NCBI RefSeq assembly: GCF_964213995.1
Contig: NC_135816.1
Coordinates: 47,182,001 to 47,246,000, forward strand
Length of the DNA stretch: 64,000 bases
Reading direction: 5' to 3'
DNA from: Mustelus asterias
Lineage: Eukaryota
The stretch's first letter is position 1; every line of letters begins with the position of its first letter. The position numbers were made by a program, and so were the translations under genes. The notes under the pieces are model-generated. The model was not told where the DNA came from and made no database searches. It was given only the letters and a program-made list of their open reading frames with translations. Positions 27,121 to 39,222 of the stretch are shown in pieces.

Positions 27121-28344
27121 GTTCTAGTTGTGCACAGCAAAGTGGGTCATTTGGATCATTTTGTCCTTATACTTTTAAGACTTGCCTGCACGCAAGTCTT
27201 AAAACTTGTATTTATATATACATATAGTTGTGAATATCTGGTGCGTAATTCTAGAATATAATGTTTAGTTTTAAAAGTTAAAGTGTCAAATGTAAAATAA
27301 ACAGAGACATCTCATTGATAAACTGATCAACACAGTATTGTGAATGCAAATCAAACAAGCTTGGAGTGAATTACAATCAAAAGATAAATTACATTTATTT
27401 TACAAGTCCAAGGGTAAACATATAAAACTCAAATAATGGATGATCCATCGTTAATCTTGTAATGGAGCCAGAAGTTCTACTCTTACTTCAATGTAGTTCC
27501 CAGATGAAAGACACCAGAAGAAGTTGGTGGGGACAGCAGTCCGGAGAAAGGATCATAAAACTCCATTGGAGTTATAAATTTTGCATACGGGTACAAAATC
27601 AAAGAGTTGTGTTGAAGGTAAGAATAATTTGTTGTATTTCTGTTTGAGCCATTCCAAAGCACATCACATTATCATAGAGATGGGCTGGGGATCGGGTTAG
27701 AAATTTCTTTTAATTTATCTGGATTTTTCTCACAGAAAGTAGTTGCAGTTTGGTCTACAGGCTAGAACTCACTGAGTCAGGGGAGCAATAGGAGATAAAC
27801 ATGAGTCAAGTCTGCACCTTAACCAAAGAAAATGCTAATTTTATTGTTCATCGCATAGAACGCAGGTGGGGGATTGTGCTCAGTTTGGAAGTGGGGATGG
27901 GAAAGAAGCTGGGAGGTTTCCTAGCTCGCGACTGAAGTGAGAAATCTGTAGTAACCCACATAACCTGAGTTTAGTTGGAGCTCTTGAGGGAAGAAGAGAC
28001 TGGAAGTTTGCCTAACTGGAGCTAGAGGAAGAATCCGCAGTAGCCCTCGCAGTGAAAGGCAGTTTGTTGTAGTTGGAGTTTTACATCAGCTTGGAGAAGG
28101 CAGAGAAGGAATTTGAGTTGAGGATTTCAGTTTAAAGTATAGGTGATTATGTTTTATCATGCTTTTCCATTTTGAAACAACTGTAATTATGAGCTATAAT
28201 GATAACTTAGTGCTGGTTTTGTTTGATTTTTTTAATACACAGTAAAGTTTGCATTTGTTTGAAAACATTAAATTTTGCGGCAAGGTTCCTTCAGTTAATT
28301 ACTGGGCATTTGAATTTCTCTTTAAACATTAACGGTCCCTAATA

Positions 28345-28618
28345 GGGATGGCATGGTGGCACAGTGGTTAGCACTGCTGCCCCATAGACCTGGGTTCAAT
28401 TCCCAGCTTGGGTCACTGTCTGTGCGGAGTCTGCACATTCCCTCTGTATCTGCGTGGGTTTCCTCCAGGCGCTCCAGTTTCCTCCCACAGTCTGAAAGAC
28501 ATGTTGGTTAGGTGCATTGGCCATACTAAATTCTCCCTGAACAGGCATCGGGGGATTTTCACAGTAACTTCATTGCAGTGTTAATGTAAGCCTACTTGGG
28601 ACACAAATAAATAAAACT
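28345..28618 (+). mobile_element. V-SINE, alternative tail
   Basis: Head, core and ggggattttcacagtaacttcattgcagtg tail. Confidence 0.9.
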
Positions 28619-29251
28619 AAAAACAAAGGATCAAAACAATAGTATCTTTTTTAACAATAGTGTCAACCTCAAGACATCCCAAAGGGCTTTATGACAAATG
28701 AACGAATTAAGTGTAGCTACTGTTCACTGGAGGCAGTGAGGTTACTGTTGCATATTTGAATGAGCACAAGCAGATTTCAATTTTGGTCATTTTATTGTCT
28801 CGACCTTAACTAATATCAGTGTGAAAGGATCAATAAGAACAATGAAAGAACTTAATGGCAATTGCACTCTAATAAAGTTTAATTATTCTGCTTGATCTTC
28901 CCAAATAGATGGTGGGTTCAACACATTAAGGACAACGCCAAATGGTTAGCGCCATTTACCTGATCTAGATGTCTGTCCAGGATAGGTGTAAGTGGAGAGG
29001 ATAGGTGTGGCAGTGTTGGTGTTGGAGATGGTGTATAGAAGTAAGTTGGTATTGCTGCTGTTCTGTGCAGCAGAAGGATATAGTCTCACAGAATTATCTC
29101 CCCAGTTTCCTTCATTCTCATGGTCGGTAAGATGCAGTAGTTTTGATGTTAAATAAGTAAGTTCTTACTGTCAAAAATAGATACGTTAGTGAAGTGAATC
29201 ATTCTAATTATGTGCAAGACTGCTAAGATATGGAAAGGAGAAGATTTCTTT

Positions 29252-29558
29252 CACAGAATCCCTACAGTACAGAAGCAGTCCATTCGGCCCATCGAGCCTG
29301 CGCCAACAAAAATCCCATCCAGACCCTATCCCTTTAACCCCCATATTTACCCTGCTCGGCCCCAAGACACTTGGGGCCGAGCAGGGTAAATATGGGGCAA
29401 TTTAGTGTGGGCAATCCACCTAATCTGCACATCTTTGGAGGAAACCCATTCAGACATAGGGAGAACATGCAAACTCCACACAGACAATGGCCCGAGGTCG
29501 GAATTGAACCCGGGTCCCTGGTGCTGTGAGGCAGCAGTGCTAACCACTGTGCCATCAT
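29252..29558 (-). mobile_element. HE1-type V-SINE with internal perfect palindrome
   Basis: Head, core and tail present; 28-bp perfect inverted repeat at 29339-29397. Confidence 0.9.
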
Positions 29559-30419
29559 GCTGCCAGGATGATGTTGTGCCAGTATCAATATCTGCTTTAG
29601 CTGCCGCAGTTTAGCATTAGCTTGTTATGATTTTGTTCTTGAATGTCATTCCTCTTTTCATTCTGACACTATTTTGTACATCAACCAGAAACAGATCAAT
29701 CCTTGAGGTGCATGCTCCATCTGGTGGACAAATTGGTTCGGGTGTAATTTTACTGTGCAAGTAATGAGGAACAACAATGACCAGGGACCTGAAGCAATCT
29801 CAAGAGACTATGACATCATTGCTGGCTCAGATCTAACTCCAGAGCTAAACTGCCACTTTAGTATAAAATCCTGCTTTGCACAGTCACTAACCAATTTAAA
29901 TTAATACTGTTGACGACAACATTTTTAAAAACCCACAATTGTAATGCAAAAATTTAACTAGTGTATTGTCAGAAGAAATTAAGCCTTAGAGCTGAACATT
30001 CCCAAATCCCAGGGATCGAAAGCAAATGTCGAGCCCAGGACCCTGAGTGGAATATTACCGCCGCTGGACTGTTGATTGGCCACCAGGACCACCCTTTAGT
30101 TAAGGATGGCAGCCAAGCTCTGAGTGCTACCAACCCGTTCAAAGATCGCACAGCTCAGCAGCACTGGTACTGCACTGAGCGAGGCTGGCAGGGAGAAGAA
30201 GAGGAAGTGGCTTTCAAAGTGAGGTAAGCTTTTTCATAGGCTATACAGGGGTGGCCAGTGCCATAGCGGCAGTGCTCCGTGGAGTGGCCATAAAGAAAGA
30301 CCCACCCCAATGCGAACCCACTAGGGAGCTGCCACAGTTAACCTAGTGATCTTGTCACATGACAGGGCCTATCCTGAAGCTGCCACGGTGTGGCAAGGTC
30401 AGGTAGGGCAGCCTTCCGG

Positions 30420-31525
30420 ACTACCTGGATCCACTACAGTTTGCCTATCGCCGCAACAGGTCCACAGCAGATGCCATCTCCTAGCCCTGCACTCAACCCT
30501 GGAACATCTAGATAACAAGGACAGCTATGTCAGATTCCTATTTATTGACTACAGCTCAGCCTTCAACACCATTATTTCCACGAAACTCATCTCCAAACTC
30601 CGTGACCTGGGCTTGGCACCTCCCTCTGCGACTGGATCCTGAACTTCCTAACTCGCAGACCACAATCAGTAAGGACAGGCAACAACACCTCCTCCACGAT
30701 CATCCTCAACATCGGTGCCCCACAAGGCTGTGTTCTCAGCCCCCTACTATACACCTATGACTGTGGCCAAATTCCCCTCCAATTCGATTTTCAAGTTTGC
30801 TGATGACACCACCATAGTGGGTCAGATCTCAAACAATGATGAGACAGAGTACAGGAATGAGATACAGAATCTGGTGAACTGGTGCGGCAACAATAATCTC
30901 TCCCTCAATGTCAACAAAATGAAGGAGATTGTCATCGATTTCAGGAAACTTAAAGGAGAACATGCCCCTGTCTACATCAACGGGGATGAAGTAGAAAGGG
31001 TCGAGAGCTTCACGTTTTTAGGTGTCCAGATCACCAACAACCTGTCCTGGTCCCCCCATGGCGACACTATAGTTAAGAAAGCCCACCAACCCCTCTACTT
31101 TCTCATAAGACAAAGGAACTTTGGCATGTCAGCTACGACTCTCACCAACTTTTACAGATGCACCATAGAAAGCATTCTTTCCGGTTGTATCACAGCTTGG
31201 TATGGCTCCTGCTCTGCCCAAGACTGCAAGGAGCTACAAAAGGTCGTGAATGTAGCCCAATCCATCACACAAACCAGCCTCCCATCCATTGACTCTGTCT
31301 ACACTTCCCACTGCCTCGGCAAAGCAGCCAGCATAATTAAGGACCCCACGCACCCCAGACATTCTCTCTTCCACCTTCTTCCTTCGGGAAAAAGATACAA
31401 AAGTCTGAGGTCACATACCAACCAACTCAAGAACAGCTTCTTCCCTGCTGCCATCAGACTTTTGAATGGACTTCCCTTGCATTAAGGTGATCTTTCTCTA
31501 CACCCTAGCTATGACTGTAACACTG
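30420..31525 (+). mobile_element. Rex1/Babar LINE RT fragment (frameshifted)
   Basis: [60 protein letters not shown] (ORF 30715..31485). Confidence 0.9.
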
Positions 31526-32803
31526 CTTGCCAGAGGCCTCAGACGTTCCCTCCTCCACCCGATGTACATTATCAGATGTGTCGTGCTCACCAGAGAGTGA
31601 CCCAGAAGCCTCAATACTAACTGGATCCACCGACGTGTCAGTATCTGGGATGGTGAGTTGTGAGGTGGAAGCTGATGGATAAATGGTGCCACCCTCAGAG
31701 GTCCCTTCAGCCTCTGAGGACTCATTCGAGCTGTCATGATCAGGATGGGGGTGGGAGCTGTAGCCGGGCCTACTGTCCAGAAGGCCCCGGGGCGTCCGGA
31801 TCTGTCCCTGCAACACAGGACACATGGTTAAGTGCAAGGGAGGGAGAGGAATCTGGGATGCCAAACACATGATTCACATGTCTCCATTGAGCAAAGCACC
31901 AACAAGGTTATATCACATGAACAGGCCCTTCGGCCCTCCAAACTTGTAGCGACTAGGCTGCCCATCTGATTTGTTAGCCCCTACCCTTCCAGGAGCTATA
32001 TGCCTCTATTCCCATCCCATTCACATAGCTGTAGAGATGCCCTTAAAGGTCACTATCGTATCAGCATCCACGACCTCCCCCAGCAGTGAGTTCCAGGCAC
32101 CCACCACCCTCTCTGTGCAAATAAACATGCCTCATACATCTCCTTTACACCTCGCCCCTTGCACCTGAAACTCATGCCCCCGAGAAGTTGCCTCAAAGGG
32201 AGTGGAGGAATGACAGGTACTCAGGTCTCACTGACAGCCTGCATCTCCCCTTCTTTGGAGAGCTCCAGTGCCTGCTCCTCCAAGGGGCTGAGGACCTGGA
32301 GGACTGGCTCACTACCCCCTGTCTTCACCCTCTCATGGGTGTTGTGCTCGGTCTTCTTCTGTGGAGACAGAAGGAGCCATGGAAGAAATGGTGGTGTGAC
32401 CACTGCAGAGTATCAGGTGGTGGCCCATCAAAAGCAAACATAGTGGGGCTCATTGGGGGGGAAGGAGGTGCTTGGAGGTCAGGAGCTGGAAACATGCAGG
32501 CTGCTGGGGATGGGAGGATCTGGGGGGAGATATGGGGGAACATGCAAAATGGGGTTCAGCATTCACTCTTGCTGCACGGATGAGATCATTGAGTTTTTTC
32601 CAGCACTGCTTCCCGGTTCAGGAGGCCACTGCCCTGGCACTGACCAAGGTGGCGACTTCCTCCCATGCCGCATTTCCATCAGCCTCCCTGGGTCTGCATC
32701 CTCCTGGGAGGAAGACCCACAGGGTGTCCTGCCTCACCTCTGCTGCATCCAGCAGCCTCCCGAGGTCGCCCTCAGAAAATTGGGGAGCTGGTCGTGTGCT
32801 CAT
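31526..32803 (-). pseudogene. Harbinger Myb/SANT (trihelix, NAIF1-like) DNA-binding protein pseudogene; exons 32803-32567, 32358-~32200, 31807-31526
   Basis: MSTRPAPQFSEGDLGRLLDAAEVR...AWEEVATLVSA...*TGKQCWKKLNDLIRAAR, GT..AG phase 0 to KKTEHNTHERVKTGGSEP...LSPLEEQAL; S/E-rich third exon; internal stops. Confidence 0.75.
31905..32180 (-). mobile_element. CR1 3' end inserted in the Harbinger intron
   Basis: aacaggcccttcggccc...gagttccaggcacccaccaccctct. Confidence 0.7.
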
Positions 32804-33611
32804 TTCTTTCCTGCACTGCCTGACTGCCTGTCCATCCTTGAGTTTTTAATTGAACTGCCCCTCATTAGGGCAGATCAGCTGCAGGCAGTTTAACAGAACA
32901 TTCCAGCAAGTTCCATGCAGTTTGCTTGTTAGCATTGAGGGGAAGGCAAGTGAGCACTTGCAGGTGTGCTGCTGGGGTGGGGGTGTAGGGGGAGGGGTGG
33001 GAAGGGGGGGCTGGCGATGGTGGATGAGTGCCTCAATGATTGGGGACAGGGGAGAGAGAGAGAGGTGTCACACAGCCATCGGAGTCCAGAGGAGATGGGG
33101 GCCTTGTGCGGGAGGGTCCGAGGCGGGGATGAGGGGGATCACCCTGCCTGATATCTTAGGGTGGAAGGGGCAGGGTAGATCACTCTGTCTGAGATCAGTG
33201 GAAGGGAAGGTGGGGTCTGCTGCCACTCTACCTGAGATGAGAGAGGAGGAAGGGGGGGGTCCGCTGCCACTCTGCCTGAGATCAGTGGAGGGGAAGGGGG
33301 CTGCGATCGGTCTGGGTGGCGGGCGGCTGGGGAAATAGTGGGTCTGTTATGTTGTGGGGCTGGGGCAATGTCTGTGTGGGCCAGGGGGAGACATTAACCG
33401 GCCCGGGCGCGATGTGGCAGGGGAGCTCTTTTCAATTTTTTTTACTGCGCATGCGCAGTTGGAGGCTCCGATTGGAGCAACAGCGTTTCGAGCGCGATAA
33501 GCCCCATCCACAGCGCAAGTCAGACTCATGATTTCTTTTCAGGCTAAGTACGTATGGGGGTGCCTGAGAACAGGTTTCAGCACTTAGAATCAAAATGGTA
33601 AAATCACTCCC

Positions 33612-35715
33612 AATGTGTGCCAACCAAGTCTTTCCTATTTCTATTAAAACCCACAACCCCTAACATAGTTAGGACATAACAGAAAGAAAATTGGTGGCGA
33701 GTTGGGATTTTGTATATTCAAGAACATCGAGAAAATATCTCAATGAGAAGAATTGTGGGGCATACTGGGAAGATGGTAAAAAATATATCCTGAGCATTCT
33801 CAAGTCACTAGTGCCTGCAAGGGAAATGACGGATAAATTAGGTTCTACGGGTCCTTTCAATGAAAAAAATTAATCCTGGAGTTCCTATGTAGAGCACTTT
33901 CATTACTTTGTAAAAGCGAATGAAGTTACAAACGAGTTGGTAGTATCAGTTTTTCTCAGTACTATAGGATGTAAAACTTTTAGTTTGCTCCAGAACTTGG
34001 TTCATCCAGCATGAGTGAGAAATGGGTACCAGCCATAGTTTTAGCAAAAACAGGTCCAATTTCTTATACAACTCAAACTGACGATGAACAGTTTAACGAT
34101 GCTATGCTGACCCATTGTTCTCATCTCGAAATAATTTCTCAGAATCATCTCCAGATGTACCAACTTCTTTAGTTCCCTAGTGTTGTACATACTGCTATGG
34201 AAGACATAAGGGGGAATTTTACCATTTTGAGTCTAAGTGCCGGATCTGGGCGTCAAATAGATCCGCGCCTGGAATTCTCTTTCCAGCGCGCCCATACGCG
34301 TTTTGCCGGCTCCGGCCCGATCCGCGCCGTGGTCGGGGCTTAGCGCTGGCGGGCCGATCGGAGCTCTGAACTGCGCATGTGGGAGGGGAGGGGGTGTGAC
34401 CGATCATCCCCTGGGGGGGTCGGGGGCGGGAGGTGGGAGGAGAGGGGGTGTGACATATCATCCTATGGTCGGGGGGTTCCGCTGCCTGTCTGCGGCCGAT
34501 CCCTCCTGGCACCATCATTGGTACACTACCAGCCACAGCCATCTCTCCCGCTCTCTCGCACCTGCAGGAAAGAGTAATCTGTGGCTGGTAGTGTACCAGT
34601 GATGGTGCCAGGAGGGATCGGCCACAGACAGGCAGCGGAACCCCCCCCCGACCAGAGGATGGGACGTCACACCCCCTCTCCACCCCCCCACAGGGGATGA
34701 TCGGTCACACCCTCTCCCCTCCCACCCCCAGGGGATGAGACGTCACACCCCCCTCTCCTCCTCCCTCTCCTCCTCCCACCCCAACAAGAGGATGACCTGG
34801 GTCAGAGAGCCGTTCCAGTCTCTGACCCCACTCTTCGGAGGCTGTAGTGGCGACTTCAGACTTTTATTTTGCAGGTCGGTAACAGCGCGGACACGGATCG
34901 GGCCTGAAGACGGTAAAGTGGGATTTGGCGGTAGAGTTGGGCGCACAGTTCATTAAGTCAATTTAAATGCATGCAAATGCAGAAAATTGGTGGTGAGTTG
35001 GGATTTTGCAAATGCATTTAAATCGTTGGGCCGCCCGATTCGGGCGCGCGCCGGACCCGTGCCCGAATCGGGTGTCGGTAAAGCCGCGATCTGCTCAGAA
35101 TCGGGTGCAGGTCCCGGTATAGGCCCAATGCCCAACTTTACCGCGATTTCGCACCCGAAAACGGGCGCCAAGTTTTGGTAAAATCAGGCCCATAGTTGAA
35201 TCTGTGTTGCCGGATGACTGTGTCTTTGCTACCGAGTGAGAATGAACAGAATTAGTTCCAAGAGCAGAAGTGTCTACTGAAGTTCCAAATCATACTTATA
35301 GGGTCAAGGACATCCAAACCCCAGAACATCTCATATAACCGGAGAGGAATAGATATCCTCCTGATCGACTTTCTTGTTGATTGTGTATAATGATTAATGG
35401 TGGATTGTACTGTGTCTAGGGTATTATTGATCCTGTGTATAACATCATAGTCATTTGTTGTCATGACCACAGAAGTAAAGGGAGAGGGATGGTAAATATT
35501 TAAGAAGCTGCATGATTCCTTTAAGATCTGATCGCACGATTTGATGATATCATTAGGGTGCTTTGATAGGTTGCTGTTTAGTTTCAGTTTCTGTTCTGTG
35601 CAGAGAATATCTCTTTCAATAAACCTGTTGTGTGTTACTTTAAATCTACATGTGTAAAAAGCATCTGTTCTTTTTGTTTAAAACCCACAACCCCTAACAT
35701 ACTTAGGACATTACA
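33612..35715 (+). mobile_element. Internally deleted Gypsy LTR retrotransposon (5' LTR remnant 33612-33681, PBS ~33692, gag remnant 33826-34010, PPT 35472-35489, 3' LTR 35490-35715), interrupted by a MITE
   Basis: aaaacccacaacccctaacata(g/c)ttaggacat(a/t)aca at both LTR ends; PBS tggtggcgagttgggatt; gag-like MTDKLGSTGPFNEKN*SWSSYVEHFHYFVKANEV...VFLSTIGCKTFSLLQNLVHP. Confidence 0.8.
34209..35191. mobile_element. Harbinger-type MITE (family B) with long internal inverted repeat
   Basis: Termini ggggaattttacca ... tggtaaaatcaggccc; subterminal homology to 9362-10187. Confidence 0.8.
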
Positions 35716-37205
35716 GAATCCCTTTAATTAATAAGCTGCTGGATCTTTTCTTCAACACTGTTTGACCTCCAAAGAGAAATAGGACTCCGGGTAACAGTCT
35801 GTATCTGTCCCCCATTTACCACTTCACAGATAGCAGAAAAAGGTGCCCCTTCCCAGGTTTTCAATTGCTGGCCCTCTCATTAGCACTGTGACCTATTGGA
35901 ACATCTCTATCTGTGCCTTCAAGCCTAATTCAACTCTATATGCCTTCTCACATCCTAGAAGTCCTCACTTCATGAAAGACGGATCACCCTACAACAGCAA
36001 ACCAACTACACTCTAAAGGAATTAGACATTAACTTTTGATTCTGGACTTTGGACTCAGGTAGAATCATAACCTGTATTATTGTCATGGTCTTGTCCTGTG
36101 CCCGTCTCTTTTCCTTATCTCTCTTTCATTGTATGAGTGCAAAAGGGATGGAAATTGCGAAATCCCTTTCTTGAGTTTTGTTTGTGTGTGAGAAACAAAC
36201 CAACCTTATTTTAGCTGATCTTGAGCTTGTTGTGTAGTTATTCATAGGAGTTTGGAACACTCCAAAAACTTCAGGGTTGGGGAAACTACATCATCACTTA
36301 TAAAGGGGGGGGGGGGGGGTGGAATCAAAAAAACACCTTTATATTTACGGACATGTAGTAAGAGGAGAAATCAGGACTGTTCAAATGAATCCCCCCTCCT
36401 GTCTGTAATAATGCAGAGAGTTTTACATGGGTGGCTTGTTAGGGAGTTATAAACAAGACAGTTCATGTTGCGTTGTGATCACAGTGCATCAGTGATTGCA
36501 CTGAACACCAATTATCACTATTATCACTAAAGAGTGAGTTACACCTAAAGTCCGTCTATTTTACCTCAGCAGTAAATATCATAAAGTTGAAAAATGCATT
36601 CAAAATTTAGCTGAAGCAAAGTGTCGATAAAATCAATGTTTCAGCTCGAGGCTCACATAATAATGTAATATGCCAGTTACTACAGTTTAATGTTAAAAGC
36701 TCACAATTTTGCAGCTCCTTGGTCCCAATTTTCACTGATCATTTTCCAATGTAAATGCTTGGGAGTGACGGGAATATAGGAGGTGGGTGAGGCAGGATAG
36801 AGGAGCAGGTTATGAGAAGGGAGGTGGGATAGGGGAGTTGGAATATGGAAGGGGAGGGGGATATGTAAAGGAAGGGGAAACATGGAAGGGAGGGGGATAT
36901 GAAATTCAGCCCACTGTACTTCCATTTTTGTAGCAGTTTCCTTACCCTTGCCACACCCGAGACCTCTGTGCCAAGGCCTGTTAACTTAAACAAAACAAGT
37001 TTTGAAAAAATGATTACAATAAATAGATCTCTTTCTGCATTACCCATGTGGAGCTTGTGGCTTATTTTGAATACTAAAATGTTCATAATGGCGCAAAAAA
37101 CTGAAGTTGTTGCAGAGAGGACAGTATCATTTCCATAAAACTTCACATGATAATTATCCTAACTAAATAACTAATGGGATTACTGTAGGCAATGAAGGAG
37201 AACAT

Positions 37206-38166
37206 AATTTTCATAAATGACCTGGATGAGGAAGTGGAGGGATGGGTTGGTAAGTTTGCTGACGACACCAAGGTAGGTGGTGTTGTGGATAGTTTGGAGG
37301 GATGTCAGAAGTTGCAGCGAGACATAGATAGAATGCAAGACTGGGCGGAGAAGTGGCAGATGGACTTCAACCCGGATAAGTGTGTGGTGATCCATTTTGG
37401 CAGATCCAATGGGATGAAGCAGCAATATAATATGAAGGGTACCATTCTTAGCAGTGGAGAGGATCAGAAGGACCTTGGGGTCCGGGTCCAAAGGACTCTT
37501 AAATCGGCCTCGCAGGTGGAGGATGCGGTCAAGAAGGCGTACGGCGTACTGGCCTTCATTAATCGAGGGATTGAGTTTAGGAGTCGGGAGATAATGCTGC
37601 AGCTTTATAGGACCCTGGTTAGACCCCACTTGGAGTACTGCGCGCAGTTCTGGTCACCTCATTACAGGAAAGATGTTGAAGCCATTGAAAGGGTGCAGAG
37701 GAGATTTACAAGGATGTTGCCTGGATTGGGGGGCATGCCTTATGAGGATAGGTTGAGGGAGCTTGGTCTCTTCTCCCTGGAGAGACGAAGGATGAGAGGT
37801 GACCTGATAGAGGTTTACAAGATGTTGAGAGGTCTGGATAGGGTAGACTCTCAGAGGCTATTTCCAAGGGCTGAAATGGTTGCTACGAGAGGACACAGGT
37901 TTAAGGTGCTGGGGGGTAGGTACAGAGGAGATGTCAGGGGTAAGTTTTTCACTCAGAGGGTGGTGGGTGAGTGGAATCGGCTGACGTCGGTGGTGGTGGA
38001 GGCAAACTCGTTGGGGTCTTTTAAGAGACTTCTGGATGAGTACATGGGATTTAATGGGATTGAGGGCTATAGATAGGCCTAGAGGTGGGGATGTGATCGG
38101 CGCAACCTGTGGGCCGAAGGGCCTGTTTGTGCTGTGGCTTTCTATGTTCTATGTTCTATGTTCTAT
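37206..38166 (+). mobile_element. Young 5'-truncated CR1 LINE
   Basis: Open ORF 37192..38076 with KFADD; (ttctatg)n tail. Confidence 0.95.
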
Positions 38167-38669
38167 AATCAGATTACTTAATTTATATCCCTCACCAGGT
38201 TCCAAATGTAAATTTTCACCACTTATGTAATTTAGTTCCCATCTTCCTACATTTGTTTTTAGCTGTGTCAGACATTAAACTGAAATTAAATTGAAATCTG
38301 GAATTAATGTGCTATAATATTTACTCTGGGTATTTCAGCACAGTTGAGGTCATGCTTCAGCTACACCAGTATTCATTGGACTTATCACAATCTCGCACTT
38401 TAAAATATTTTGCAGTGCAGTGTATTGTATTTTATACATATAGTAATATTTATTATTACTGTAAAATAGTTTTACTCAACTAAGTATTGAATCTACCCTC
38501 GCCACATTAAATAAAAGGATGCAATTTTATCACTTTTATTGACAGGCATCAATTCTCACTTGACAGAGGCAGGAAGTCCGTTAAAGGACTTGTGCATGTC
38601 ACTGACACAATCATCTGGCGATGTCACATTGATCCACCTTTGTGTATGCTGATGTCAGTTCAACAGAGT

Positions 38670-38969
38670 ATGGGTGGCACAGCAGCTAGCACTGCTGCAT
38701 TACAGTGCCAGGGACCCAGGTTCAATTCCAGCCTCGGGTCACTGTCTGTGTGGAGTTTGCACATTTTTCCTGTGTCTGCATGTGTTTCCTCTGGGTGCCG
38801 GTTTCTTCATACAATCCAAAGATGTGTGGGTTACGTTGATTGGACATGCTAAATTGCCCCTTCATGTCAGGGGAACTAGTGTGGTAACGAGGATAGGGCC
38901 TGGATGGGATTGTTCCTGGTGCGGGTTTGATGGGCTGAATGGCCTCCTTCTGCACTGTTCGGATTCTGA
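38670..38969 (+). mobile_element. HE1-type V-SINE
   Basis: Head, core and gaatggcctccttctgcactg tail. Confidence 0.85.
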
Positions 38970-39099
38970 TATCTGTGGTATATTGCTGTCCAAACGATAC
39001 TTCTTTCATGTGCAAGAGAAAACTTTACTGAAGACATTAAAAGGGACAAAAAACAAGCCTTTGGTTAAAATTAATCACTGAAAAAATTGGAAATATTCA

Positions 39100-39222
39100 T
39101 GCTGTCAAGGCCTCAATCTGAAATGTGAACTCTTTTTCCTCTCGTCAGATGTTGCCAGTCCTGCTGCCTTTTCAGGAATTTTCTATTTTCAGATTTCCAG
39201 CATCCACAGTATTTTGCTTTAA
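39100..39222 (+). mobile_element. Decayed Penelope-like 3' end (second family)
   Basis: tgaaatgtgaactc...cagatgttgccagtcctgctg...cagatttccagcatccacagtattttgcttt, homologous to the reverse complement of 47960-48100. Confidence 0.55.

Larger units (their letters stand above)
31526..33611 (-). mobile_element. PIF/Harbinger transposon remnant (one terminus plus Myb/SANT gene)
   Basis: Terminus gggagtgattttaccattttgattctaagtgctg (minus); encodes a Myb/SANT-like protein. Confidence 0.75.
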
